The translations under genes and the position numbers were made by a program. A DNA stretch of 64,000 nucleotides from Dehalococcoidia bacterium. GTDB lineage: Bacteria; Chloroflexota; Dehalococcoidia; Bin125. The stretch's first letter is position 1. Every line of letters begins with the position of its first letter. Below the pieces are notes generated by a model. The model was given only the letters and a program-made list of their open reading frames with translations. It was not told the DNA's origin and did no database searches. This document shows, one piece after another, positions 18,410 through 28,170 of the stretch. The DNA lies in contig CAXXNO010000012.1 of assembly GCA_963663235.2 (NCBI GenBank), positions 224,001 through 288,000 on the forward strand, written 5' to 3'.

Positions 18410-19412
18410 CGGCTTCGTCGCGGAGCTTTTTCAAGATCTTCACGTTCTTGGCATCGGGGCCGCCGCCCCCGAAGCCGGGCACTTCCAGAAGGAATGGGAG
18501 CCGTCGAAAGGCGGAGTGCGTCAGCACGTTACGGAACCCCGCTTTGCCGATAGACCCCTGGCCGATGTTCTCGTGCCGGTCCTTACCCGAGCCGAAGGGC
18601 GTCTTCGAGTCGTTCGCGTGCACAGCGACCAGGTTGGCCAGCCCGATCTCGCGGTCGAAGCGGGCCATGGCCTCCTCCAGCCCCTGCGGATCGGTCAGGT
18701 CGTAGCCGGAGGAGAAAGCGTGGCAGGTATCGATGCAGACCTTCACGCGGTCGCTGCCCACCGCGTCCATGATGGCCCCGATCTCCTCCCAGGTGCTCCC
18801 CACGCTGGCCCCTGTGCCGGCGTTGTTCTCGATGCAGAGCCAAGCGTCGTTCGGTGAGTCCGCCACGATGCGGCGCATGGCCTCCGCGATCTGCGGCAGC
18901 ATAGTCTCGAAGCCCGCGCCCTTGTGGCTGCCGACGTGAAAGATCACCCCGGCGATGCCAAGGTCCGAAGCCAAGCGCAGGTCGGCCGTAAGCGACTCGA
19001 TCCCTTTCTCCAGGTTGGTCTGGTCTTCCGTCGCCAGGTTGGTGAGATAGATGCCGTGGATGAAATTGGGGCCGATCCCCGCCTCGTCCATGCCTTGCCG
19101 GAAGGCGGCGATCGCCTCCGGCGCGTGCTGCTTGCGCCGCCACTGCTGCGGAGCAGCGGCGAAGATCTGCACCGCCTCCGCCCCGATGCTCAGCGCGTTC
19201 TGCACGGCCACCTCGATGCTCCCCGCCGTCGAAACGTGCGCACCGATTCGCGGCCAGCGATTATCCTCCTGCGCCCCGGCGCGCTTCGCGGCGTGCGTCC
19301 TCGCCGCCGCCGTGCCGTCTGCCCGCTTCTTCGCGGCGCTCTTCTTCGCTGCGGGCCTCTTGGCCGCGGGTTTCTTCGCTGCGCTCTTCCGGGTCACGAT
19401 CTTTCTGGGCAT
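18366..19412 (-). CDS. nfo: Endonuclease IV with Lys/Ala-rich N-terminal extension
   Basis: IGAHVS, HGIYLTNL, FHVGS, ENNAG, CIDTCH, HANDSK and DRHENIG motifs. Confidence 0.93.
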   Translation of the reverse strand: MPRKIVTRKSAAKKPAAKRPAAKKSAAKKRADGTAAARTHAAKRAGAQEDNRWPRIGAHVSTAGSIEVAVQNALSIGAEAVQIFAAAPQQWRRKQHAPEAIAAFRQGMDEAGIGPNFIHGIYLTNLATEDQTNLEKGIESLTADLRLASDLGIAGVIFHVGSHKGAGFETMLPQIAEAMRRIVADSPNDAWLCIENNAGTGASVGSTWEEIGAIMDAVGSDRVKVCIDTCHAFSSGYDLTDPQGLEEAMARFDREIGLANLVAVHANDSKTPFGSGKDRHENIGQGSIGKAGFRNVLTHSAFRRLPFLLEVPGFGGGGPDAKNVKILKKLRDEAVKAPAAAPLAKRSR

Positions 19413-19583
19413 GAAGCACTTTCCCGCCGATTCCGCCACGACGATGGGGCAGCCGTCACCCGCCACCCGCGGCGCAGTATATCGCCGCGCGCGCAACGTG
19501 GCGCGCCCCGAAATCGCGGGGTCGTTGGACGCGCGCGCGGCGTCCGGTAGGCTGGGCGCGCAGCGAGCCCCGGGACAGCGAGA

Positions 19584-20039
19584 GTGGTCGTGGCAGTTAT
19601 CGAATCGATCCCCACGCGCGCCGAGCAACTGGAACTGGAACCCACGGTCCCGCCGGAAGCGTGCGCGGGCCTCCAGGCGGGCGCGGCGCTGTTCGATCGC
19701 GGCCGATTCTGGGACGCGCACGAGGCCTGGGAGGAGGTCTGGCAGGCGGAGCGCCGCCCCATTCGCTCCTTCTACCAGGGTCTGATCCAGATCGCCGCCG
19801 GTCTGCATCACTGGACCGTGAAGCGCAACCCCACAGGCGTGGAGCGAAACATCTCGCGGGGAGTCGAGAAGTTGTCCTGGTACCGACCCGCCTATCTCGG
19901 TGTCGACATCGACGCGATGATCGACGACGCCGAGGCCCTGCGCGCCGCCGCCCAAGGGCGCGACGCCGCCTGGCTGGGCGCGTTTCCAGCCGACCGGCTG
20001 CCCAAGTTCCGCTGGCTCGCCGACGGTGGCCGCGGATAG
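19584..20039 (+). CDS. DUF309 domain protein
   Basis: FWDAHEAWEEVW and QGLIQIAAGLHH motifs. Confidence 0.85.
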   Translation: MVVAVIESIPTRAEQLELEPTVPPEACAGLQAGAALFDRGRFWDAHEAWEEVWQAERRPIRSFYQGLIQIAAGLHHWTVKRNPTGVERNISRGVEKLSWYRPAYLGVDIDAMIDDAEALRAAAQGRDAAWLGAFPADRLPKFRWLADGGRG

Positions 20040-20481
20040 CCCGGCTCGCCTCAAGGTGAAGCGGCTGCGCCCCAGCGCCCGCCTGCCCGAGCGTCGCACG
20101 CCGGGCAGCGCCGGCCTCGATATCTACGCCGACCTCGCGGCCGAAGGCGAGAGCCTGGAGCTGGGGGACCGTCCCCGCCTCGTACCCACCGGCATCGCCG
20201 TGGAGCCGCCGCCCGGGTACGAGGTGCAGATCCGGCCCCGCTCGGGCCTCTCCAAGGAGGGGGTGGACGTCGCCTTCGGCACGGTGGACGGCGACTACCG
20301 GGGCGAACTGCTGGTCAACATGTCGGTGCGAGGCGGCCCCGGACAGCGGTTCCGTATCCGCCACGGCGACCGCATCGCGCAGATCGTGGTCGCGCCGGTG
20401 GCGACAGCAGTGGTCGAGGAGGTGTCGGAACTGTCGCCCACCGACCGCGGGGCCGACGGCTTCGGCTCAACAGGGCGCTAG
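20026..20481 (+). CDS. dut: dUTP diphosphatase
   Basis: SAGLD, RPRSGL, GTVDGDYRGE, RIAQ and RGADGFGSTG motifs. Confidence 0.95.
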   Translation: MAADSPARLKVKRLRPSARLPERRTPGSAGLDIYADLAAEGESLELGDRPRLVPTGIAVEPPPGYEVQIRPRSGLSKEGVDVAFGTVDGDYRGELLVNMSVRGGPGQRFRIRHGDRIAQIVVAPVATAVVEEVSELSPTDRGADGFGSTGR

Positions 20482-20500
20482 CGGCAAACCCGCACCAGCG

Positions 20501-22267
20501 ATGGAGCCCGTCATGCAATGGAGCGTGCAACGGAGCCTGCGACGCGGCCTCATCCCCGGCCTCGTCCTGATCGCCGCCGGCGCGCTCGCCTGTTCCACCG
20601 ATTCCGAGCCGGACCGCCCTGCCGAGCCGGATCGCCCGGCCGCGGCAGCGGCCCCACGGGTCGATCCCGCTCCCGACACGTCCAGCGCCGCTCCCGCGGT
20701 GCCCGTCGAGACGCTGCCTCCACCACTCCAGGTATTCGTCGATCTCGGGAGTGAGACGGAGCGCGACGCGACGCTTGCCGCCCTGCGCTCGCTCGGGCCG
20801 GTAGAAACGCTGACGGATGTTGCGGCCGCCGACATCGCCGTCCGCGACCACGCGCTGCCGGACGCCGAGCGCTATGTGATCGGCGCGTGGGCGGCCGTGG
20901 TCCATCAGCGTCAGGACGTGCTGGAATTGAGCCTGGACGCGGTTCGCTCAATCGTCGGCGGCGAGGTGACGGACTGGTCGGACTTCGGCGCAGCGCCCCA
21001 GCCGCTCACGCTCTACCTCCCCGAAGCGGACGCCGACGCCATCGCAACGGCGCTGTTCACGCGGCCGTCGCCGCAGGCGCACCTCGGGCCGCCCGCGTCG
21101 ATCGTCGAACGGGTGGCCAATGAGCCCGGCGCCATCGCGCTTGTGCCGGTGTCGGCGCTGCGCTTGGGCGTCCGGGCGCTGGTGGTGGAAGGCCACGACC
21201 CCTACCGCGACCCCGCAGCCGCCTCCCCGATCCGCACACAGCGCTGGCTGCGCGTGGACCCGGCCATCGGGTCCGAGACCGTCGTCGATCTCCTCGGCTG
21301 GACCGATCAGGCCCCCACGGCAGATCCGGCCGGCCTGCTGGCCACCGGCGATCTGATGCCGGGACGCTGCGTAGGCGAACGACTGGAGGCGCTGGCCGAC
21401 TACGGGGCGATGTTCGATGGCACGCGCGACCTCATCCAGGCGGCCGACCTCGCCGTGGCCGCGCTGGAGGCGGGCGTCACGGACCTGGGCCCACCCACGC
21501 CCTGCACGCGGACGTTCATCCTGCACGCGAGTCCCCAGGTCATCGCCCCCATGATCGAAGCGGGCTTCGACGTAGAGAACACCGCCGCCAACCACGCGGG
21601 CGACTGCTGGGACGGCTGCCTCTGGCCGCAGGCGTTGCTCCACACGGGAGAGCGGTTGGACGCGGCCGGCCTGGTCCGCGTCGGCACCGGCCCCGACCTC
21701 TCCGCCGCCGGCGCGCCCGCCATCGTCGAGCGCGACGGCGTGCGCCTCGCCCTGCTAGCCTACGACGACATCGCCCCCTACTACGCGGCGACGCCGGAGT
21801 CGGCCGGCGTCGCGCCGCTGGACCTGGAGACCCTCGCAGCCGATATCACCGCTGTGAAGACGCAGGTCGATCACGTCATCGTGATGGTGCACTGGGGCAT
21901 CGAGTACGTGGCGGACCCTTCACCCCGGCAGCGCGAGGCCGCCGCGGTGGCGGTGGCGGCCGGGGCGTCGCTGGTCATCGGCAACCACCCGCATTGGGTG
22001 CAGGCCGTGGAGGAGTTCGAGGGCGCCGTCGTCGCCTACGCGCTCGGCAACTTCGTCTTCGACCAGAACTGGTCGGTCGCGACGACGCAGGGGATGGTGC
22101 TGGAGGTGGGCTTCGACCGAGAACGCGTGCTCGGCTACCGTCTGCGGCCGATCATCATTCGCGACATCCATCGCCCGGAGTTCGTCGACCCCGCCGACGA
22201 AGGGGACCCCATCCTGCGCCGCGTCTGGGACGCGACCGACCGGCTGCCGCCGCGGACCAACGACTAA
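20501..22267 (+). CDS. CapA/PGA_cap family metallophosphoesterase lipoprotein with N-terminal PBP-like domain
   Basis: Lipobox ALAC; GD, AANHAGD, HWGIEY, GNHPHWVQ and YALGNFVFDQ motifs. Confidence 0.85.
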   Translation: MEPVMQWSVQRSLRRGLIPGLVLIAAGALACSTDSEPDRPAEPDRPAAAAAPRVDPAPDTSSAAPAVPVETLPPPLQVFVDLGSETERDATLAALRSLGPVETLTDVAAADIAVRDHALPDAERYVIGAWAAVVHQRQDVLELSLDAVRSIVGGEVTDWSDFGAAPQPLTLYLPEADADAIATALFTRPSPQAHLGPPASIVERVANEPGAIALVPVSALRLGVRALVVEGHDPYRDPAAASPIRTQRWLRVDPAIGSETVVDLLGWTDQAPTADPAGLLATGDLMPGRCVGERLEALADYGAMFDGTRDLIQAADLAVAALEAGVTDLGPPTPCTRTFILHASPQVIAPMIEAGFDVENTAANHAGDCWDGCLWPQALLHTGERLDAAGLVRVGTGPDLSAAGAPAIVERDGVRLALLAYDDIAPYYAATPESAGVAPLDLETLAADITAVKTQVDHVIVMVHWGIEYVADPSPRQREAAAVAVAAGASLVIGNHPHWVQAVEEFEGAVVAYALGNFVFDQNWSVATTQGMVLEVGFDRERVLGYRLRPIIIRDIHRPEFVDPADEGDPILRRVWDATDRLPPRTND

Positions 22268-22321
22268 GTCCCCGACCCACCAGCCTGGATCGCCCGGCCG
22301 CGCTCGTACAATGCCGCCGAC

Positions 22322-22834
22322 ATGCGCACGCGACACGTGGTCACGGCGTTTCTCCTGCACCCGGACACGGCCCGCCCCCGCCTCTTGCTGGGCAAGCGCA
22401 GTCGCGCCGTGCGCACCTACCCCGGCCGGTGGGCGGCCATCAGCGGGGCGCTCCCTCCCGACGTCGCACCCGAAGCGCAGGCGCGACGCGAGGTGCGGGA
22501 AGAGGCCGGGCTGCCGGCATCGAGGCTGCGCTTTCTGCTCGAAGGGCCGCCCTTCGCGACGGTGGACCAGGGGTTGGCGGCGCGCGCGGCGGGCGTGCCC
22601 GTGATCGCCGCGCTGGACAGCGCCAAGCTCCGCTCGCGGCCGCGGCTCTGGCTGGACCTGGAAATCCGCGCCCACCCGGGAACCACGCCTCCCGGCCCGA
22701 CGTTAGATCGGACCGAGGGGTCTCTGCTGGACTCGATCGTCACTGAGGGTGGTGCGCTCAGCGATCGCGCGCGACGCCGCCTGGTTCAACGACACGCCCG
22801 CGCCCTACGGGCGCTGCAGCCTCCGGCACGATAA
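22322..22834 (+). CDS. NUDIX hydrolase N-half joined to the C-terminal end of an eIF-2B/MtnA-like domain (probable internal deletion)
   Basis: Nudix box ..ARREVREEAGL, then an abrupt switch at DQGL/AARAAGVPVIAA...K...LDSIVTEGG. Confidence 0.6.
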   Translation: MRTRHVVTAFLLHPDTARPRLLLGKRSRAVRTYPGRWAAISGALPPDVAPEAQARREVREEAGLPASRLRFLLEGPPFATVDQGLAARAAGVPVIAALDSAKLRSRPRLWLDLEIRAHPGTTPPGPTLDRTEGSLLDSIVTEGGALSDRARRRLVQRHARALRALQPPAR

Positions 22835-22874
22835 AGTGCAAGGAGCCGCGGAGACGCCGGCATCGGAGAAGCTC

Positions 22875-24479
22875 ATGCCGTATCGACGCCTGCTGGTGCT
22901 CACCTTGCCGCTGATCGCGGCGCTGGCGCTGGCCGCCTGCGGCGGCGATGGCGACGGCGACGGCGGTGAGCAAGGCATCGCCGCTCCCGAAGAACCCCTC
23001 CCCCCTCTCACGGACGGGGAGGGGCCGCTCACCGTCGATGATCTGGACGGCCTCGCCGAGGAGGCCGCCCGCGAGTCGGCCGAGCAGGCCGCCGCTGACC
23101 AAGAGCGGCCCGAGGCGACTGAGGAGCCCGCCGACGTCGTGGAGGTCGATACGCCCCAGCGCACCGAAGCCACCACCCACACCGTGCAGGCGGGTGACAG
23201 CCTGCTAGCCATCGCCGACCGCTTCGGCATCACGCTGGAAGCGCTGCTTGAGGTCAACGGGATCTTGGACCCCAACGACCTGGACGTCGGGCAGGTCCTG
23301 ATCATCCCACCGCAGCAAGAAGACGCCGAGGACGACGAGGACGCCGAAGACGCCGAGGGGCCGGGCGAGGCTGGTGAAGCGGTGATCATCCCGGCGCGGC
23401 CGGATCAGTTCGACGCCTTCATCAACGCGGCGGCCGGCTGGGTCAACGCCCGTAACAACATCAGCGATTGCCTGGTGCCCCTCTTCGAGCAGTGGGGCAT
23501 GCCGCCGGTCGCGGGCGGCGACCGCTGTCATCTGGTGGACACCAACCTGGACGGAGAGGCAAGCGCGGTGGTGGTCTTCACCGATCCCCGTCCGTCCGAC
23601 CTCCCCTATATCAACAGCGACCTGGTGATCTTCGAGCCGCTGGAAGACGAAAGCGGCTACCGCGTCGCCTACCGCCTCGCCAGCGGGGAGCCCGACTTCA
23701 TGGCCCTCGACGTCGCGGTGATCCATACCGGCGATCTCACCGGCGACGGCGAGCCGGAGGTCACCTTCCGGGAGCTCCAATGCGGCGCCAGCACCTGCGT
23801 CACCATCATCCACGTCCTGGAATGGCAGGACCCCATCGACGCCTACGTCGATCTCGCCACGGGACCGGGACTCATCGAGATCCCCACCGCTACCTCCATC
23901 GACCTGAGCGACCGCACCGGCGACGGCGTGCCGGACATTACGGTGGAGGGCGGCGCGTTCGGATCGGTCGGGGCGGGGCCGCCCTGCCCGGGCCGGTTCA
24001 CCTACAGCGCCGCCGGAGGCGTCGTGGACTTGGTCGCGGTGGAGCGGCTGCCCACCGTCTGGCTTGCCTGCGCCGTTGCGCCCGGGAACGAGGCGTTTGA
24101 CGCGGGTGAATACGAGAGCGCGCTGAGCCTCTACGGGAACATGATTGCGGACACGTCGCTCCAGGAGTCCGGGTTCGTGACCAACGAACGGGCGGAGATC
24201 ATCGCCTTTGCCCGCTTGCGGCGCGCGCTCGCGCAGGCGGCGCTGGGCGACAGCGCCGAAGCCATCATCGAGGCGCAAGCCGCGGCCGGAGGCGAGGGAC
24301 TGCACCCGCTGCTGGCAGAGGCGTTTCTCGCCGGCTTCGCGGGAAGCCGGGACCTCAGCGCCGGCTGCCGGGCACTCAACGACCAACTCGCCCTGTTCGT
24401 CGATCTCTTCGACGGTTTCTGGCAGCAATTAGGCTACGGGCTGCCGTCCGTGCGCGCGGAGAATCTCTGCCCGTTCTAG
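22875..24479 (+). CDS. LysM-domain lipoprotein with DxxGDG repeats and C-terminal helical/TPR-like region
   Basis: Lipobox LAAC; HTVQAGDSLLAIA LysM; DLTGDGEPE and DRTGDGVPD; several Cys. Confidence 0.75.
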   Translation: MPYRRLLVLTLPLIAALALAACGGDGDGDGGEQGIAAPEEPLPPLTDGEGPLTVDDLDGLAEEAARESAEQAAADQERPEATEEPADVVEVDTPQRTEATTHTVQAGDSLLAIADRFGITLEALLEVNGILDPNDLDVGQVLIIPPQQEDAEDDEDAEDAEGPGEAGEAVIIPARPDQFDAFINAAAGWVNARNNISDCLVPLFEQWGMPPVAGGDRCHLVDTNLDGEASAVVVFTDPRPSDLPYINSDLVIFEPLEDESGYRVAYRLASGEPDFMALDVAVIHTGDLTGDGEPEVTFRELQCGASTCVTIIHVLEWQDPIDAYVDLATGPGLIEIPTATSIDLSDRTGDGVPDITVEGGAFGSVGAGPPCPGRFTYSAAGGVVDLVAVERLPTVWLACAVAPGNEAFDAGEYESALSLYGNMIADTSLQESGFVTNERAEIIAFARLRRALAQAALGDSAEAIIEAQAAAGGEGLHPLLAEAFLAGFAGSRDLSAGCRALNDQLALFVDLFDGFWQQLGYGLPSVRAENLCPF

Positions 24480-24656
24480 CTCCGCGACTGTTCGAACCCG
24501 TTTGTAGCGGCTCCAAGAGGGCCGAGAGGTGCGCTCAACCCCTCGCCATGACGCGCGTTGAGCGAGCCGTCCGGCGCCCGCCGGCGCCCGTGGCCCGCAC
24601 TACGGAACCAGACACCGCCGGGGAGGCCGGCGACATCCCCTAGGATCGGAAGCGGC

Positions 24657-25070
24657 ATGGCGGACCGGACGTACACCCTTGCGGAAGCGCGGCACCTCTT
24701 GCCGCAGGTGATTGCGCTGGTCGAGTCGCTCAGCGACACACGACGGCGCTTCACCCAGGCGCAGGCGCTCGCCGACAGTGTGCGGCGCTCGGCCGGGCCC
24801 AACGGTCACGGCACGCTCCCCCGCGCACGCGAGCAGGAGCGTCAGGCCACCGCTCTCGCCGCCGAGATCCAGCAGGTGGTGACGGAACTGAACGAGTTGG
24901 GCGTGGAAATCAAGAATCTCGACCGCGGCTTGATCGATTTCCCCGCACTGCGCGAAGGCCGGCGCGTCTACCTCTGCTGGCAGCAGGGCGAAGCCACGAT
25001 CGAGTGGTGGCACGAGATCGCCGACGGCTTCGCCGGCCGGAGACGCGTCGTGCCGCAAGAGTGGGCCTAG
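24657..25070 (+). CDS. DUF2203 family protein
   Basis: YTLAEAR..LP, GLIDFP, YLCWQQGE and WWHE..GFAGRR motifs. Confidence 0.85.
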   Translation: MADRTYTLAEARHLLPQVIALVESLSDTRRRFTQAQALADSVRRSAGPNGHGTLPRAREQERQATALAAEIQQVVTELNELGVEIKNLDRGLIDFPALREGRRVYLCWQQGEATIEWWHEIADGFAGRRRVVPQEWA

Positions 25071-25194
25071 CCTCCGCGCACGGCCGGGCCGTCGCGGTCG
25101 TATCGGGCGTCCGTGCGTACTATGCTCGCCAGACTGCGTCGCGGCCCGGTCGCCGATTTCGGGCCGGTGACGCGGAGCCGCCGAGGAGCGTCGC

Positions 25195-25506
25195 ATGGCC
25201 GCCAAAGTCCTGATCGAGCGATTGGTCCAGCACGGCCACGAGACGGAAATCATCGCCCTGCTCAAGGACTTACGCACCCGCTGCCTGGACCAACCCGGCT
25301 ACCTGCAGGGGGAAACGCTGCGCGACGCCACCAATCCCAGCCGTCTCCTGGTGATCAGCCACTGGTCCGGCCTGGCGCAATGGCGGGACTGGGAAACCAG
25401 CGCGGATCGGGACGCGATCGAGGGGCGGATCCGGCCTCACCTCGAGCAGGATCCGGCCATCGACGTCTACCTGGAGGGGCTCTCCGAGGAGATATCCGGC
25501 GCCTGA
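25195..25506 (+). CDS. Antibiotic biosynthesis monooxygenase (ABM) family protein
   Basis: GAGGAG RBS; QPGYLQGETL and VISHW..W..S dimeric alpha-beta barrel pattern. Confidence 0.8.
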   Translation: MAAKVLIERLVQHGHETEIIALLKDLRTRCLDQPGYLQGETLRDATNPSRLLVISHWSGLAQWRDWETSADRDAIEGRIRPHLEQDPAIDVYLEGLSEEISGA

Positions 25507-26390
25507 TCCCGCGAGGCCCCATCGACCGGTCGCGACCAATCGCCCCGAGCGCCCCGTGAGGAAGGGCCGCGCAGGCCACGCGGCGCCAGCAAGAACACCA
25601 CGCCAAAGCAGAGCACAGCGACCAACACGATGCTGGGCGCTGTGGCCACATCCAGGTGGAACGACGCGTACAGGCCCGCGACGACCGCGACCAGTCCAAC
25701 CACGATCCCGCCCAGCATGATCTGCGGGAGCCGCCGCACCAGGAGGCTGGCGGTGGCGGCCGGCGCCACCAGCATCGCCACGACCAGCACCACCCCAACC
25801 AGGCGGAAGGCGACCACCGCGGCGAGCGCCACCAGCACCAGCAGTCCCGCCTCCACCAGGCCAACGCGCACACCGCTGGCAGCCGCCATCTCCGGGTCAT
25901 AGGCGACGAAGCGAAGCTCCGCGAAGAAGTAGATCGTCAGCGCGACGATCACGGCCGTGAGCGCGCCCATGACGATCAGGTCGGTCGTGCTGACGCCGAG
26001 GATGTTGCCCACGAGGAACGAGTTGAGGTCGAGCGCGTAGTTGCGGGCGCGGCTGACGAGGAGGATGCCGAGAGCGAAGAGCCCGGCGAAGAAGATGGCG
26101 ATCGCGGTATCAAGGCGGACCCGGCTGCGACGGCTGACCGTGGTCACACCCAGCGCCGTGATCACGGCGGCGACGCCCGCGCCCAGGCTGATCAGGGCAG
26201 AGCCCCCGCCCGCCAGGAAGGCCACCGCCGCGCCGGCCAGCGACGTATGCGCCACCGCGTCGCCAAGGAACGCCAGCCCCCGCACCACCACGAACGTGCC
26301 GACCACCGCCCCGGCCACCGCCACGAAGACGCCGGCGAGCAACGCCCGTTGCATGAATTCGAAGTGCCAGGGGTCGGTGAGCCAATCCAC
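25467..26390 (-). CDS. Metal (Zn/Mn) ABC transporter permease
   Basis: FMQRALLAG, GDAVAH and LVGNILG motifs; multiple TM segments. Confidence 0.9.
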   Translation of the reverse strand: MDWLTDPWHFEFMQRALLAGVFVAVAGAVVGTFVVVRGLAFLGDAVAHTSLAGAAVAFLAGGGSALISLGAGVAAVITALGVTTVSRRSRVRLDTAIAIFFAGLFALGILLVSRARNYALDLNSFLVGNILGVSTTDLIVMGALTAVIVALTIYFFAELRFVAYDPEMAAASGVRVGLVEAGLLVLVALAAVVAFRLVGVVLVVAMLVAPAATASLLVRRLPQIMLGGIVVGLVAVVAGLYASFHLDVATAPSIVLVAVLCFGVVFLLAPRGLRGPSSRGARGDWSRPVDGASRDQAPDISSESPSR

Positions 26391-26392
26391 GG

Positions 26393-27241
26393 CTAGGTCT
26401 CGTGTGTGGCGTGATCGACGTGCGGCTCCGTCGCGTACATCTGCTCCCCGATTTGAAACACCAGGACGTGACGCCCGAATGCCTCGGTCAGCACGTTCTC
26501 GGTCAGCACGCTGCTCGGCGGCCCGAAGGCCAGCAGGCGACGATTGATGCACAACGCGCTGGAGTACCGGCGATACACACAGGCAAGGTCGTGCGTGGCG
26601 ACGATCAACGTCTTGCCCGCGGCGGCCAGCTCCGCAAAGAGCTGAAGCATGTCCTCCTCCACGCTAACGTCCAGCCCCGCCGTCGGCTCGTCCAAGAGGA
26701 AGACGTCCGGATCCTTCACCAGCGTCCGAGCCAGGAGCACCCGCCGCTGCTGCCCGGCGCTCAGCTCCCTGATCTGCTCCGATGCCAAATCCGCCGTCCC
26801 CGTCCGCTCCATCGCCGCGCTCACCTTTGGGGAGCGCCCGCCCATGAACAACCGCACCAGATCGCGCCCCAGGCGGGGGCGGTACAGCCCCATCGCCACA
26901 ACCTCCTGCGCCGTGATCGGGAAGGTCCAGTCCACGTGCTCGGCCTGGGGCATGTAGCCCACGGTCGCCCGGGCCCGCTCCGGCTCACGGCCCAGAACGC
27001 GCACGCGGCCCGTCCAGGCCGGCAGCAGCCCGAGGAGCGCACGGATGAGCGTGCTCTTCCCCGACCCGTTCGGTCCGATCAGTCCCACCATGTCCCCGCG
27101 CGCCGCGACAAAGGAGATCTCTTCTATCGCCGCGCCCCCGTCGTAGCCCGTTGTCAAACCGTCCACGACCACCGCGGCCGTCGGGGCCGCCGGCGCCTCC
27201 GGGGCTTGCCGCGGGCCGTTAGTCGGCGATGGCATGGGCAT
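26393..27241 (-). CDS. Metal ABC transporter ATP-binding protein
   Basis: GPNGSGKST, LSAGQQRR, DEPTAGLD and THDL motifs. Confidence 0.92.
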   Translation of the reverse strand: MPMPSPTNGPRQAPEAPAAPTAAVVVDGLTTGYDGGAAIEEISFVAARGDMVGLIGPNGSGKSTLIRALLGLLPAWTGRVRVLGREPERARATVGYMPQAEHVDWTFPITAQEVVAMGLYRPRLGRDLVRLFMGGRSPKVSAAMERTGTADLASEQIRELSAGQQRRVLLARTLVKDPDVFLLDEPTAGLDVSVEEDMLQLFAELAAAGKTLIVATHDLACVYRRYSSALCINRRLLAFGPPSSVLTENVLTEAFGRHVLVFQIGEQMYATEPHVDHATHET

Positions 27242-28166
27242 TCGCTCTCATCAGATCGATGTACGTCGGCGCGGCGGCGGCGTCGATCGTGGAGAAGATG
27301 TCGCGCACCATCGCGCCGGTTTCCGACGCGATCTCCTCAACGATCGGCGTGGTGAACTGCGGCTCCCGGAAAATGAACGCGACGCCCCGCTCGCGCATCT
27401 CCTCAATCAGGTCGGCGACCGCCGCCGCATTGGCGTGCTCTTCCGGACTTTCCACCACGAACCCCAGGATTTCCAGGCCGTAGCGGGCGGCGAAGCGGCC
27501 GTAGGCGTCATGGAACGTCACCAAGACGCGCCGCTCCGCCGGGAGGCCCTGGAACAGGTTCCGGACCTCGCTATCCAGCGCTTCGAGCCGCGCGCTGTAA
27601 CCGGCGGCGCGTCTCGTATACGCCGTCGCTCCGGCCGGATCGAGCGCGCCGAGCGCCTCCCCGATCACCGCTGTCGCGTCGATCATCAACCTGGGGTCCA
27701 GCCAGAGGTGCGGATCGAGCGCGTGGTTCGTCGGATTTTGCGCAGCGGAGCCGTCGTTTCCAACGGAGCGCACGTCCAGCGCCTGAGACAGCACGAGCAA
27801 TTCGCCATCCATATTCTCCTCGATGACGTCCTGGAAGGCGGCCTCCAACCCGGCCCCGTTGAGGATCACGAGGTCGGCGTCCGCAATCGCAATCGCATCG
27901 CCGGGCGAGAGCGTGAACGTGTGGACGTCCGCCAGCGGCGCGACCAGAGATCTGACCGCTACCCGATCCCCCCCGACCTCCCTCGCGACGTCCGCAATCA
28001 CCGCTGTGGACGTCACCACTCGCACGGCCTCCCTTGCAACCGTTTGCAGATCCGCCGGCGACTCGCCCTCCGAGCCACTGCAAGCGGCAAGGACAGCCGC
28101 AGCGAGAACCGCGACGGCCACGGTCCCATGAGGCCAGAATCGATACCATGTCTCAATAGCGCGCAA
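27219..28166 (-). CDS. Metal ABC transporter substrate-binding lipoprotein (ZnuA/TroA family); start uncertain
   Basis: Lipobox LAAC; DVHTF, DPHLWL, HDAY and FRE metal ligands. Confidence 0.9.
   Translation of the reverse strand: MRAIETWYRFWPHGTVAVAVLAAAVLAACSGSEGESPADLQTVAREAVRVVTSTAVIADVAREVGGDRVAVRSLVAPLADVHTFTLSPGDAIAIADADLVILNGAGLEAAFQDVIEENMDGELLVLSQALDVRSVGNDGSAAQNPTNHALDPHLWLDPRLMIDATAVIGEALGALDPAGATAYTRRAAGYSARLEALDSEVRNLFQGLPAERRVLVTFHDAYGRFAARYGLEILGFVVESPEEHANAAAVADLIEEMRERGVAFIFREPQFTTPIVEEIASETGAMVRDIFSTIDAAAAPTYIDLMRANAHAIAD
28141..28158. promoter_or_regulatory. Putative Zur/Fur box, copy 2
   Basis: Reverse complement TATTGAGACATGGTATCG matches the box upstream of the regulator at 15 of 18 positions. 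Confidence 0.6.
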
Positions 28167-28170
28167 GGGT

